Assembly (NCBI GenBank): GCA_905214715.1
Contig: CAJMMT010000003.1
Span: 1,804-65,803, forward strand
Length of the DNA stretch: 64,000 bases
Direction: 5' to 3'
DNA from: an uncultured bacterium
Lineage (GTDB): Bacteria; Bacteroidota; Bacteroidia; Bacteroidales; Muribaculaceae
The translations under genes and the position numbers were made by a program. Numbering within the stretch: the stretch's first letter is position 1; every line of letters begins with the position of its first letter. Positions 10,181 through 20,854 of this stretch are shown piece by piece. The notes under the pieces are model-generated. The model worked only from the letters and a program-made list of their open reading frames with translations, ran no database searches and was not told where the DNA came from.

Positions 10181-11806
10181 CTATTCCTCTTTCTGTTGGT
10201 CGCGGTTGCCACGTGTCTTGTTTTTCGAGTGGCTGCTGTTCATGTCGCTCTCCTCTTTGAGGTCTATCTCCTTTCCGTCGTTATCTACCACGCGGTATTC
10301 AAGCATGGCTAAAGCCTCATCGGCCACCACTTTCAGTCCACGTCCGTACCTACGTTTCCATTTACCATAGATAGAGAACATCCCCTTCTTGACATAAGCT
10401 TCGACATATGGATGGATATAGAGTGTGAATTTCTTAACCTTAAGGCTGCTTACCAGATAATCGAGCTTTTCGTCGAGTTTGTCGGTAAAAAGAAGCGAAG
10501 GTTGCACCAATCCTTTCCCAAAGCAACTGGGACAAGTCTCTTCCGTAGTTATGTCGAGAGCCGGACGCACACGCTGGCGCGTGATCTGCATCAGACCGAA
10601 CTTACTGAGAGGAAGGATATTGTGGCGTGCTCTATCGTTGGCCATAACATCTCTCATGTGTTCGAGAAGCGTCTGTCTGTGTTCCGCTTTGGCCATATCG
10701 ATGAAATCGATCACGATAATGCCACCCATATCGCGCAACCGTAGCTGCCGGGCAATTTCATCGGCGGCTCTCAGGTTGACCTCCAGGGCGTTAGTTTCCT
10801 GATCCGAGCCCGCTTTGGAACGATTTCCAGAGTTCACATCGATTACGTGCAGGGCCTCGGTGTGCTCAATAATGATATAGGCTCCGCTCTTAAAAGAGAC
10901 AGTCTTTCCGAAGCTGCTCTTGATCTGGCGGGTGATATTGAAATTGTCGAAAATCGGAACATCCTTGGAATAGAGCTTTACTATGTCGCGGTTATCGGGG
11001 GCTATGAGTCCCACATAATTCTGAATCTGCGAGAAAGTCTCGGCTTCGTTGACATAGATGTTCTCGAAGTTCGGAGTAAACAGGTCTCTGATAATTCCTA
11101 CGGCTCTCGAATCTTCCTCATAAATAAGGGTCGGGGGTTCGGAACGCTGCATTTTGGAGATAGATTCCTCCCAGCATTTCACCAGAGTACGCATCTCATT
11201 GTTGAGCTCGGCCACACGCTTGTTTTCAGCCGAAGTACGGATAATGACGCCGAAGCCTTTAGGTTTTATGCTCCCTATCAGCTGGCGCAGACGCACTTTT
11301 TCTTCTGTCGACTTGATTTTCTGAGAAATTGAAATCTTGTCGCCGAAGGGTATCAATACCATGAAACGTCCGGTAAAGGATATTTCGGTGGTAAGACGCG
11401 GCCCTTTTGTAGAGATCGGCTCCTTGGCAATCTGCACCAGAAGCTTGCGTCCCGGTGCGAGAAGGTCGGTTATAGAACCATCTTTAGGAATCTCCGGTTC
11501 TGTTGCGAACTTGGAGATATTGGGTACTTTCCGGGGTTCTTTCAACGCTTCGTCGAGAAACTTGGCGTATGTATTGAAATTGGGCCCCAGGTCGAGATAA
11601 TGGAGAAAAGCATCCTTTTCGTAGCCGACATTAACGAAAGAGGCGTTCAGACCCGGCATGATTTTCTTGACAGTGGCCAGGTAGAGGTCTCCTACGGCAT
11701 AAGCCTGATTGCGGTTTTCCTTCTGCAGGGAAACGAGTCTCGAATCTTCGAGCAAGGCAATCGAGATGTCCTTTTCGCGGACATCAACTACCAATTCGCT
11801 TTTCAT
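10181..11806 (-). CDS. rng: Ribonuclease E/G family protein
   Basis: S1 domain (DAFLHY, KEPISTKGPRLT), VIDVNSG, RLRDMGGIIVIDFIDM, CPSC zinc link. Confidence 0.93.
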   Translation of the reverse strand: MKSELVVDVREKDISIALLEDSRLVSLQKENRNQAYAVGDLYLATVKKIMPGLNASFVNVGYEKDAFLHYLDLGPNFNTYAKFLDEALKEPRKVPNISKFATEPEIPKDGSITDLLAPGRKLLVQIAKEPISTKGPRLTTEISFTGRFMVLIPFGDKISISQKIKSTEEKVRLRQLIGSIKPKGFGVIIRTSAENKRVAELNNEMRTLVKCWEESISKMQRSEPPTLIYEEDSRAVGIIRDLFTPNFENIYVNEAETFSQIQNYVGLIAPDNRDIVKLYSKDVPIFDNFNITRQIKSSFGKTVSFKSGAYIIIEHTEALHVIDVNSGNRSKAGSDQETNALEVNLRAADEIARQLRLRDMGGIIVIDFIDMAKAEHRQTLLEHMRDVMANDRARHNILPLSKFGLMQITRQRVRPALDITTEETCPSCFGKGLVQPSLLFTDKLDEKLDYLVSSLKVKKFTLYIHPYVEAYVKKGMFSIYGKWKRRYGRGLKVVADEALAMLEYRVVDNDGKEIDLKEESDMNSSHSKNKTRGNRDQQKEE

Positions 11807-11869
11807 ATTTTATAAAAGGTTTCGCCGGCAGGAACAATCCAGGCCGGCGAAAGGTTCCTTGGAAGAATC

Positions 11870-11959
11870 TTATTTCTTCTTATGACGATTCTTTCTCAGT
11901 CTTTTCTTACGCTTATGGGTAGCCATCTTGTGGCCTTTTCTTTTCTTTCCGCTGGGCAT
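11870..11959 (-). CDS. 30S ribosomal protein bS22-like (AURKAIP1/COX24-domain), 29 aa
   Basis: Manual translation MPSGKKRKGHKMATHKRKKRLRKNRHKKK*; below the ORF-track cutoff; A-rich upstream region. Confidence 0.85.
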   Translation of the reverse strand: MPSGKKRKGHKMATHKRKKRLRKNRHKKK

Positions 11960-12051
11960 AACAGTTATTGTTTAATATTTTTAATCAAATTTTCGTTCCA
12001 CTCTCTGTCATGTTAAATTCAAACACACTACAGGAGAGCGGTCGCTTATTC

Positions 12052-12324
12052 TTATTTTACGCGATCCAGGAACTGACGAGAGGGCTTGAACGCCGGAATC
12101 TTATGTTCCGGTATGATGATGGTAGTGTTCTTTGAGATGTTGCGGGCTGTTTTTTCGCGGCGGGTCTTGATAATGAAGCTACCGAAACCACGAAGATAAA
12201 CGTTGTTGCCTTCGGCCATAGAGTCCTTCATGACCTCCATGAATTTTTCAACAGTGGCCAGGACCGCTGCCTTGTCAAGGCCGGTGCTGCGCGAAATCTC
12301 GTTCACGATATCTGCTTTAGTCAT
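12052..12324 (-). CDS. hup: HU/IHF-family DNA-binding protein
   Basis: MTKADIV...VYLRGFGSF...ARNI...IPAFKP. Confidence 0.93.
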   Translation of the reverse strand: MTKADIVNEISRSTGLDKAAVLATVEKFMEVMKDSMAEGNNVYLRGFGSFIIKTRREKTARNISKNTTIIIPEHKIPAFKPSRQFLDRVK

Positions 12325-12535
12325 CTTTAGTTATATATGGATGGTTATTGAACTTTCTGCACAACCGCTGGAAGGCCCGATAAGAGACCTTACCGGTTTT
12401 GCGGTGCAAATATCGGTATTTTTTTTGGAATAAGCGATATAAATCGCCTAATTTCAGTCAGTGAAGCTAAAAATAGACGATTTATACCTGCCGAAAGGTG
12501 TTTCCGACTTACTATTTTCACTCATATCCCGGTTA

Positions 12536-13138
12536 TCACTCCTCCTCGGAAAGCGATACTCCCGACACTTTCTCAAGCCGCCCCGCAATCTCGTCAGCCA
12601 TAGAGCGCCTTACGGCGAGGAGAACCGAACAGGTATTGTCGAATGTGGTCTCGATCGTCTCCAGTCCGAATCCCTTCACAATCTTCATCACGCCGTCAGC
12701 AGACTGATAGGGGAAGGTAACGCGCAGCTTGCGGGTACGGAACAGTTCGCGGGTGCCGGCCGCATCAAGAGCTTCGGCCGCGGCCGCGCGATAAGCGGCG
12801 ATAAGTCCTGGAGTTCCTAACTTTATTCCGCCGAAATATCGCACTACCACAACCAGCACGTCGGTAAGATTGCGGCTGTTGATCTGGCCGAGTATCGGTT
12901 TACCGGCCGTTCCGGAGGGCTCTCCGTTGTCGTTCAGCATCCAATCCGTGCGCTCCGGACCGAGCATCCACGCCCAGCATACATGGCGGGCATCATGATA
13001 ATCATTGGAATAGCGTTTCACAATCTCGCGGGCTTCCGCCGCACTCTTCACCGGGCATGCGAAAGAGAGGAACTTGCTCATCTTCTCGTTTATATACCCT
13101 TCGCCGGGTTTCGCTATCGTAAAATAACTGTCTTCCAT
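12536..13138 (-). CDS. yigZ: YigZ/IMPACT family protein
   Basis: EKMSKF, DARHVCWA, DNGEPSGTAGKP, VRYFGGIKLG; start at MEDSY. Confidence 0.9.
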   Translation of the reverse strand: MEDSYFTIAKPGEGYINEKMSKFLSFACPVKSAAEAREIVKRYSNDYHDARHVCWAWMLGPERTDWMLNDNGEPSGTAGKPILGQINSRNLTDVLVVVVRYFGGIKLGTPGLIAAYRAAAAEALDAAGTRELFRTRKLRVTFPYQSADGVMKIVKGFGLETIETTFDNTCSVLLAVRRSMADEIAGRLEKVSGVSLSEEE

Positions 13139-13187
13139 CTTATCTGATACCTGCCGCAAACTCGTGTATATCCGGAACTCGCTCTGT

Positions 13188-13778
13188 TTAAATATAATAA
13201 TCGGTGGCTCCGTTTTCAGCCGCCTCATATATAAGCATGCCGGCGGCCACCTGACGCGATATTTCATGGCCGCAGGCCTCTTCGACAATGGTCAGGGCCC
13301 AGCGTGTAGCCATACCGGGGCCGGCGGCGGTTACAAACTTACCGCTTACAACCACCGGAGCCGCCTCGACCTTGGCTCCGTGAAGCATTTCGGTAAAACC
13401 GGGATAACACGTGGCGCTTTCCCCTTCAAGAAGACCTGTCTGACCGAGGACTACAGCCGGAGCGGCACAGATAGCGGCTATGCGGCCCTCGGGAGATGAC
13501 GCCTGACGGGCAAGAAGTCCCTGCAGTGGCGCGAATTCATAAAGGTTGGAGGCTCCGGGCATTCCGCCGGGAAGGACAAGCCATGCGGGATCGGCAAACA
13601 GGGTATTGTCGAATAAGACATCGGCGGATACCGTTACCCCATGCGCGCCTGTTACCTGAAGTGAAGCTGTAATTGATACGGTGCGCACTTTCATTCCTGC
13701 GCGGCGCATGACGTCTACGGCTGTGAGGGCTTCGATTTCTTCAAAACCGTCAGCAAGAAACAGAAAAGATTCTTTCAT
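13188..13778 (-). CDS. DJ-1/PfpI (YajL/ThiJ) family glyoxalase
   Basis: DGFEEIEA, LPGGMPGA, AAICAAP. Confidence 0.92.
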   Translation of the reverse strand: MKESFLFLADGFEEIEALTAVDVMRRAGMKVRTVSITASLQVTGAHGVTVSADVLFDNTLFADPAWLVLPGGMPGASNLYEFAPLQGLLARQASSPEGRIAAICAAPAVVLGQTGLLEGESATCYPGFTEMLHGAKVEAAPVVVSGKFVTAAGPGMATRWALTIVEEACGHEISRQVAAGMLIYEAAENGATDYYI

Positions 13779-13965
13779 AGATCTTCGTTATATGTCTTGG
13801 TTTTTAAATATTGTACGGCTGTGGTAGTTTCAGACCACGCCAATCGCAAGATGAGGAGGGAACATATATACTACTAAGTTAACAAAAAAACTCGGTTATT
13901 ACCACACCGGCGCCGAAATATTACAAAAATTTATTTTCGCGGCCACGTGAAAAGGATTTTTTGCT

Positions 13966-13973
13966 TAATTTTG
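13966..13973 (+). promoter_or_regulatory. Bacteroidetes -7 promoter element for apbE-rmuC
   Basis: TAATTTTG 52 nt upstream of ATG 14026 in a divergent gap. Confidence 0.55.
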
Positions 13974-14025
13974 CCATAAGTGGAATTACGCGCACATTCA
14001 CGCTGCTGTTTTCCACGATATCGTT

Positions 14026-15009
14026 ATGCGGATTCCTTCTACGACAAAATCACTGTTTTCGCTACTCATTCTGGCCGGAATCCTCTTTCTAACCACCTGC
14101 GGCAGGAAAGAAGGATACCATTCGGTTAGAGGCGGCGTATGGTCTACCACATACCATATAACTTTCCGAGGCCCCGCCCAACTTGAGGACTCGATCGAGG
14201 CTGTACTAAATGAAGTGGGGCGATCATTGTCGCCTTTCGATTCCCTTTCGCTCGTATCCAAGGTTAACAGACAGAAAGAGACAGATATCGACATACATTT
14301 CAAGAAAGTATACGACATATCGAAGAAAATCAACGAACTCAGCGGCGGAGCCTTCGACCCTACACTTGCCCCTCTTATACGAACATGGGGGTTCGGCCAG
14401 GGACACACACCGACCGCCGACACTCTGCGTCTTGACTCCATCGCCCGCTTCATCGGGCTATCGAAAACCAGAATGAAGGGCAATCGTCTTATCAAGGAGA
14501 ACAAAAATGTGGAGTTCAACTTCTCTGCTGTAGCCAAGGGCTATGGATGCGACGCAATCGGAGCCATGTTCCGCAGGAATTCGGTTAAAGACTATCTGAT
14601 AGAAATAGGAGGCGAAGTGCTTGCCTCCGGCAAATCCCCGCGTCAGAGCGAATGGCGCGTGGGGATAGAATCTCCCGACAACTATACCGGAGCCGGAGCA
14701 GGGAGAAGGGAATACCTGGATTTCATAAACCTTAAAAACGAGGGCATAGCCACCTCAAGTAATCTGCGCAATTCGCAAGTAGTGAACGGTCGCAGAAGAG
14801 GGCACATCATGTCGGTGAATATGATGGCTCCGGTTGAAACCGACGTGCTGTCGGCCACTGTCGTAGCCAAAAGCTGCGGTACAGCCGACGCGCTTGCCAC
14901 GGCCGCGATAGCGTGCGGCGCGCAACAGGGTTGCGAACTGCTGCGACGCGCCAAGGCGAGAGGCGTGCTTGTAACGGCCGACTCCATAATCTATATAGAC
15001 TGGAAATGA
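14026..15009 (+). CDS. apbE: FAD:protein FMN transferase (lipoprotein)
   Basis: Lipobox-like LTTC; GAFDPT, AVAKGY, IEIGGE, ADALATA. Confidence 0.9.
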   Translation: MRIPSTTKSLFSLLILAGILFLTTCGRKEGYHSVRGGVWSTTYHITFRGPAQLEDSIEAVLNEVGRSLSPFDSLSLVSKVNRQKETDIDIHFKKVYDISKKINELSGGAFDPTLAPLIRTWGFGQGHTPTADTLRLDSIARFIGLSKTRMKGNRLIKENKNVEFNFSAVAKGYGCDAIGAMFRRNSVKDYLIEIGGEVLASGKSPRQSEWRVGIESPDNYTGAGAGRREYLDFINLKNEGIATSSNLRNSQVVNGRRRGHIMSVNMMAPVETDVLSATVVAKSCGTADALATAAIACGAQQGCELLRRAKARGVLVTADSIIYIDWK

Positions 15010-16292
15010 CTACAACCATACTTTGCGTAATAATATTGCTGCTGACGGCAGCCCTTACAGTCAGTATACTTAAAGGGAACCGCGATACCGGCAGGGCGGC
15101 ACGAGAAGCCGAGAACCTGCGTAATACGCTTGAAACCAAAATATCGGCTTACGCCGATATGAACCAGCAATTGCTCAGGGAACAGAAAGAGTGGGCCGAC
15201 AGGCATGCCGAAGAGATGCGCCAGGCAACCATACACCAACTGAGCCATATGGCAGACCAAAATCTGCGCGAGCATCAGGCGGACCTGCGCGAAAGCAACA
15301 TGCGCGAGATGGAAAGGATAATGACTCCGCTGAAAAGCAAACTCGACGAATTTTCGCGTGCTGTCTCGGATGCCTACATGAATGAGAACGCAAGTCGGAA
15401 ATCGCTTACAGATCAGATTACGCTGCTGATGCAGCTGAACCGCGACATAGGCCGCGATGCACGCAACCTCACTTCCGCACTCAAAGGAGACAGTAAAGTG
15501 CAGGGAGACTGGGGGGAGACGCTGTTGCAGACACTGCTCGAAAGCGCAGGATTGGTAAAGAATGTGCATTTTTTCCTCCAGGTGACCGCCGACGATACGG
15601 GTCGACAGCTTACAGATGAGAACGGCAGACGCCAACGCCCCGACGTTGTGGTGAACCTCAGCGACGGGCACCGGATGGTGATAGACTCCAAGGTCTCGCT
15701 AACAGCCTATTCCCGGTATGTGGCCGCCGAAAGCGAAGAGGAACGCAACCGCGAGGGGAAGCTGCACCTTGTATCTGTAAAAAAACATATAGATGAACTT
15801 GCAACCAAACAGTACCAGAAACAGATACGCGGTGCCGCCGACCACGTTCTCATGTTCATGCCGATAGAGGGATCTTATTACACGGCCATGCAGCTTGACC
15901 CGGATTTGTGGCGCTATGCCTTCGAGCGCAATGTGGCCATCGTCTCCCCTACCCATCTCTTTTCGGTGATGCAATTGGTAAGCCAGTTATGGAGCCGGGA
16001 GAAACAGGAACGCAACGCGGAAGAGATAGCGCGTCAGGGAGGGCTGCTATACGACCGGGTGGCAGCTTTCCTGAACGAATTCGCCACCATAGGCAACAGT
16101 CTCGACACGGTCAGGGCCCGATACGACCGCTGTTTCGAATCGCTTACCAAAGGAAGACAAAGCGTGGTAGCACGCGCGGAACGCATGCGCGAACTGGGCA
16201 CGCCGGTAAAGAGACGCATAAGCAGCCAGCTTGCCGACGCCGTGGAAGATTACAGTGAAAGCGACGAATCTTCCCAAGATACCATAGATTAG
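15006..16292 (+). CDS. rmuC: DNA recombination protein RmuC
   Basis: N-terminal TM segment, coiled coil, QGDWGE, RPDVVV, IDSKVSL, FMPIE, SPT. Confidence 0.92.
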   Translation: MTTTILCVIILLLTAALTVSILKGNRDTGRAAREAENLRNTLETKISAYADMNQQLLREQKEWADRHAEEMRQATIHQLSHMADQNLREHQADLRESNMREMERIMTPLKSKLDEFSRAVSDAYMNENASRKSLTDQITLLMQLNRDIGRDARNLTSALKGDSKVQGDWGETLLQTLLESAGLVKNVHFFLQVTADDTGRQLTDENGRRQRPDVVVNLSDGHRMVIDSKVSLTAYSRYVAAESEEERNREGKLHLVSVKKHIDELATKQYQKQIRGAADHVLMFMPIEGSYYTAMQLDPDLWRYAFERNVAIVSPTHLFSVMQLVSQLWSREKQERNAEEIARQGGLLYDRVAAFLNEFATIGNSLDTVRARYDRCFESLTKGRQSVVARAERMRELGTPVKRRISSQLADAVEDYSESDESSQDTID

Positions 16293-16307
16293 AGACATGC
16301 CGGGGAT

Positions 16308-18800
16308 TTATCTCACGAACTTCGGGGATTGAAAGTAGAGACCGAAATTGATGCCGAAATTCCAGTTGCGGGCCGGGGAACTCAGATAGTTGCCGTATAA
16401 GGACAATGATGCGAATTTGAAATTATATACCGCAGCCAATTCTCCTATGAACTCGGGATGACGGAACCACCCGTCCCAACACGGCATACCGTCGGCACCC
16501 TCGCGAATGGAACGTACCGGAATGAATAGATTGAAATCCCCCCGGAGCTGGAAATTCCGGAATGGCGACCACACGGGCTGCAGCCCGGCTGCCACATAAT
16601 TATCCGAACGGAAAGCGGGATTGAAATAGTTTTTGGTGGAGGGCGTGGGTTCAAACGCCGAAGCATGGATAAGAGTGGCCGTATAATTCTGATAAAGACG
16701 CGAGAAAGTAGCTACACCACTGGCCGAAACACCGAGCGACACATTACGTAACAACGGAAAGTAACGCTGCCATTCGGCAAACAGACGCAGACGGTTATGA
16801 AATTCATAAGCTGATTTCTTATCTTCGGAAGATGTGATTCCTGACTTCTCACGCGACCCTATAACCGAAAGCCGCGCCTTCATTCCCGAAGAGGGGTACT
16901 GCTGGAAATCAAGTGTATTGCGTTCAGCTTCGAGACGTGCCGCGATGATATGATAATGACCCTCCTGACGATTGCCGGCGATAACAGGATCGGCACCTAC
17001 AGGATAGTATCGGTTTCCGAGATAGCCGTATCCGATGCTTGCCAGACCTTTCCCGGCTCGCCCGAGTGCTACGCAGTAGTTGAGTCTGGCGAAATGCTGC
17101 GTATCGGTTATGAACGATGGAGAACCTGTCTGGTAAAACAGCAACTCGGAATCATAATACTTCTGGCGGCTGAGCACACCTTCAAGCTGAATATAGGATG
17201 GCAGCTGGCTGTTGATAGCCATCTTGCCTGACAGCAATGCGGCATAGTAAGACTGCCCTACCCACGCGCTGAGGTCGATGTCAAGGGAATTGAAACTGAG
17301 TGTATGATACCCGCATGTGAAATACAGCATACTGTTGGTGGAGGTCGTTATCCATCCCCCCACACCGAAATTCCATGGATTTTTAACCTTGGCGTCAAGC
17401 AAAAGGGTATTGGCAGAAACCACAGGTCGCTTGGCAGGGAATTCAATCGAATATGCGCGGGCCTGAAGCGAGTCGGCCTGCAGATTGAGACGTGATTGCG
17501 GGAGCAGGTTGTCGAGTTTCCCTCCGGCCACGGCCCTATAATAGGATTCGTAGGCATCTTCCATAGAGAATGGAGTTTTCCGGCCGTGATCAAACAGGAA
17601 CCGCAGAAACCGGGCTTCCCCTTGCGTGGCACCTTTCACTGCCACGGAGTCGAACTCCACTGAAGGTGTCTTGGCTGCGAAAAGTCTGCGTCGTTCGCTG
17701 ACCTCGGCAAGCGGACGACGTGCCTTTACGCGTCCGGCCACGGAATCGACCATAGCAAGCCCGGTATCATACCCTATCTCATATATCTGGGCCGCATCTT
17801 CAAAATCGAGCACCGAAAAAGAGGAGACCGGTACCTGAATCTTGATTCCTTCAGAAGATGGCAACGAATAATCGTTGTTCTGTATAATCATATCCTCCAG
17901 CTGGCTATAGGCGTTGCCGGGCTTTGGCTTACCGTCGGGCTCGGAAACAGACACTCCTATTATCACATCGGGATGAAAATCCTCGCGCATCACATCTACC
18001 GGGAAATTGTCATATATCCCCCCGTCGAACATCAGCAGACTGTCTATCTCTATCGGGCGGTAAACGAGTGGGAAACTCATGGAAGCCCTTACGGCATCGC
18101 CGAGAGAACCGTTCCTGAGCACGACCTTGTGTTTGTGGTATATATCGGAAGTTACACACTGAAACGGCACGAAGAGGTTTCTGAAATCCTCACCACATTG
18201 CACGGTATATGGAGTATACAGCTTCAGGAACTCTATATTCATCGGCAGCGGCGAGATAAGAGAGGCAGGAAGAATCTGGCTTGCAAGATTGTTCTGTTTC
18301 TTAAAACTGATATTGAACGACAGCCACTTCGGAGAGGGGGAAGGCTCTGAAAAATAGTATATGTCAGATGGATTAAGCTGGCCGAAAGCCCAATAACGGA
18401 AATCTTTCGACATAAAAAAAGCCAGCATCTCGGCCGGCGACCATCCGCAACTGTACAAACTTCCAACCACGGCTCCCATAGATGTCCCGACCACGTAGTC
18501 TATCGGAATACCGTGGTCCTCCAAAGCCTTTATCACTCCCACATGGGCAATGCCTTTGGCTCCTCCTCCTGACAGTACCAGTCCGACACTGCCGGATGAG
18601 GAGGGTTCTCCCGCACCTCCGCTATCTTTCGGCAAAACGGTTTCCACAGTATCGAGCAGCGCAAGGGAGTTGTGAGACGGTGCTGCGACGGCGGTTACGC
18701 TCACAAGCAGTATTACGCCTATTATTTCAAGGCGAAGGGCACGTAAAGAGAGATGCGGAAGAATCTCTATTGTATGTGAACGGTGGAACGGCTGAAACAT
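16308..18800 (-). CDS. Patatin-like phospholipase with C-terminal outer-membrane beta-barrel
   Basis: GGGAKG, GTSMG and DGG patatin motifs; amphipathic beta-strand C-terminus; start uncertain. Confidence 0.88.
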   Translation of the reverse strand: MFQPFHRSHTIEILPHLSLRALRLEIIGVILLVSVTAVAAPSHNSLALLDTVETVLPKDSGGAGEPSSSGSVGLVLSGGGAKGIAHVGVIKALEDHGIPIDYVVGTSMGAVVGSLYSCGWSPAEMLAFFMSKDFRYWAFGQLNPSDIYYFSEPSPSPKWLSFNISFKKQNNLASQILPASLISPLPMNIEFLKLYTPYTVQCGEDFRNLFVPFQCVTSDIYHKHKVVLRNGSLGDAVRASMSFPLVYRPIEIDSLLMFDGGIYDNFPVDVMREDFHPDVIIGVSVSEPDGKPKPGNAYSQLEDMIIQNNDYSLPSSEGIKIQVPVSSFSVLDFEDAAQIYEIGYDTGLAMVDSVAGRVKARRPLAEVSERRRLFAAKTPSVEFDSVAVKGATQGEARFLRFLFDHGRKTPFSMEDAYESYYRAVAGGKLDNLLPQSRLNLQADSLQARAYSIEFPAKRPVVSANTLLLDAKVKNPWNFGVGGWITTSTNSMLYFTCGYHTLSFNSLDIDLSAWVGQSYYAALLSGKMAINSQLPSYIQLEGVLSRQKYYDSELLFYQTGSPSFITDTQHFARLNYCVALGRAGKGLASIGYGYLGNRYYPVGADPVIAGNRQEGHYHIIAARLEAERNTLDFQQYPSSGMKARLSVIGSREKSGITSSEDKKSAYEFHNRLRLFAEWQRYFPLLRNVSLGVSASGVATFSRLYQNYTATLIHASAFEPTPSTKNYFNPAFRSDNYVAAGLQPVWSPFRNFQLRGDFNLFIPVRSIREGADGMPCWDGWFRHPEFIGELAAVYNFKFASLSLYGNYLSSPARNWNFGINFGLYFQSPKFVR

Positions 18801-18839
18801 AGCTGGAATCTTTTTAAGCGATCCATGCCACCGCACGAT

Positions 18840-18890
18840 AAAAAAGCGAGGTGTCAAGGTCGAATTTATAAAACCTTAACACCTCGCTTT
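18840..18890 (-). terminator. Intrinsic terminator after the DUF349 gene
   Basis: AAAGCGAGGTGT..AAGGT/ACCTT..ACACCTCGCTTT stem with a T-run on the minus strand. Confidence 0.7.
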
Positions 18891-18927
18891 CATATTATGT
18901 TCACGGCTGAATACCGTTTAAATCACT

Positions 18928-20748
18928 TCATTCTATCATACGGAGTTTGTTTTCGATATCGGCTATATCCTGGCGGATGCGTTCGCTACGGCGTTCCATC
19001 TCCTTGAGCATGGAATTTCCGGCCGAAGACTTCACGCTGAAGAAGCCCATATTGTTTTCGTAGGTCTTCAGTTCGGCACGTTTGCGGTCAAGTTCACGCA
19101 TCAGGCGTTCGCGTTCGCCACCCACTTTCTGAGGATTGTCGGCACGCATCTCACGCACACGGTTCTTGAAGCGGTTCTCGCGGTTTTCACGCTGGCGGTC
19201 TCTGTCGGCAGCATAAAAGACATCGCACAGACCGCGGAATTCCTGCCAGAGCGTTTCCTTTACCTTTGCGGGCACATGGCCTATTTCCTGCCATTTGGCC
19301 TGACACTCCTTAACCACCTGCAGGTTCTCGCGGGGATCCGCCTCACGGTCGAGCTCTTTAAGACGGTCTATAAGGGCTGTCTTGGCTTTCAGGTTGGCAT
19401 TCTCTTCCTGACGGCGTTCGCCTATGAATTTATGACGACGGTCAAAGACGGCGTTGCATGCGGTAGAGAAACGTTTCCATATCTCATCGCTCTGGCGACG
19501 ACCGGAATTACCTATGGTCTTCCACTCCGCCTGAAGCGCTACGGCAGCCTCGGCCGCTTTTTTCAGATTCTCTTCCGAAGCGAGAGCCTCCGCTTTCTCA
19601 CAGAGTTCCACTTTCTTCTGGAAGTTGGCGCCCATCTCGTCGCGGCTCTTGGTATAGAACTCCGCCTTGGCTGTGAAGAAAGCATCGCAGGCTGTGCGGA
19701 AGCGATTGAAAAGGGCGTTGTTGGTCTTACGCGAAGCGAAACCTATACCTTTCCAACGGGCCTGCATGTCAAGAATCTTCTTTGTTGCCTCATCCCAGTC
19801 TGAAAAGTTCTTCAGTTCATCGGTCTTTATAGCCTCGACCTCATTGCAGAGAGCCGTCTTGGCAATCTCCGCCTCGGCTTCGCTGGCTTTGCGCGATTCA
19901 AAAAACTCCTGATGACGCTTGTTGACAGTAGAAGAGAGAGTTTTGAACTCTTCCCATATTTCAGCGCGTATATCTTTTGCTACAGGACCTATCTCGCGCC
20001 ATGAGTTATGAAGACTCTGAAGCTGACGGGCAGCTTCAACCACGTCTTCCTTATCGACGAGCGCACGGGCTTCCTCTATGATCTGACGTTTAGCCTCCAG
20101 ATTCTTGCGGAAATCAAGGTCGCGGAGCTCCTTGTTTATTTTCAGCTTATCGTAAAACTCCTCTACCAAGCTCTGGTAGTTTTTCCATATCGCAGTCTCG
20201 GCTGTAGGGGGAAGGTCAGCCTTTTCACGAAAATCCTGCTGCAACTGCTGGAAACGAGGAAAATTAAGGTTTACGTTATCTATATCTTCGGTTATCTTGC
20301 GGAGTTCATCGATAATAACCTGTTTTTTCTCAAGATTCTGTTGCATCCTTTTTTCCTCTTCCTCAAGGAAAATCGCACGGCCTTCTTTAAACTTGGCCAA
20401 CAGGTCGCGGAAAGGAACTTCTTCGGCCGATGTCTGGGCCGCGAATGTTTCGGGTGCGTTACCTTCAGCCACGTAAGCTGAAAGTTCTTCGAGCTGCTCG
20501 CGGTTACGGCGACTGTAAAAAGCTGTTTTAAGGGCGGCCACCTCGCGATGAGCCTGCATGTTGCCCGAAGCAACTATACGGTCAAGTTCGGCAAGGAGTT
20601 CCGCACAAGTCATGTTGTGGTAATTGACGTGTGACTCATCGGCTGTAGCAGGAGTTTCCACGGCAACGTCGACAGACTCTTCTTTGGGGTCTTCAACCTC
20701 TGTTACAGAAGGCATAACCTCTTCGGGGAGTTTTTCGTTTTCGTTCAT
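18928..20748 (-). CDS. DUF349 domain-containing protein
   Basis: Tandem helical repeats of the type LQ..W..IG.....IW..F...C..F; acidic N-terminus. Confidence 0.85.
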   Translation of the reverse strand: MNENEKLPEEVMPSVTEVEDPKEESVDVAVETPATADESHVNYHNMTCAELLAELDRIVASGNMQAHREVAALKTAFYSRRNREQLEELSAYVAEGNAPETFAAQTSAEEVPFRDLLAKFKEGRAIFLEEEEKRMQQNLEKKQVIIDELRKITEDIDNVNLNFPRFQQLQQDFREKADLPPTAETAIWKNYQSLVEEFYDKLKINKELRDLDFRKNLEAKRQIIEEARALVDKEDVVEAARQLQSLHNSWREIGPVAKDIRAEIWEEFKTLSSTVNKRHQEFFESRKASEAEAEIAKTALCNEVEAIKTDELKNFSDWDEATKKILDMQARWKGIGFASRKTNNALFNRFRTACDAFFTAKAEFYTKSRDEMGANFQKKVELCEKAEALASEENLKKAAEAAVALQAEWKTIGNSGRRQSDEIWKRFSTACNAVFDRRHKFIGERRQEENANLKAKTALIDRLKELDREADPRENLQVVKECQAKWQEIGHVPAKVKETLWQEFRGLCDVFYAADRDRQRENRENRFKNRVREMRADNPQKVGGERERLMRELDRKRAELKTYENNMGFFSVKSSAGNSMLKEMERRSERIRQDIADIENKLRMIE

Positions 20749-20854
20749 AATGCTGGTATGGAGCGGTTATAAGTAGCGTTTAATGTGGGACTGATAATAT
20801 GGTTTCAAGGGCGCGACTGAAGCACGGTCATATCATATTCCATAGAGGGAATAA

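Noticed and set aside
12359..12407. Imperfect hairpin in the HU 5' region as a riboswitch
   Set aside because: No recognisable aptamer motif or expression platform; weak interrupted stem
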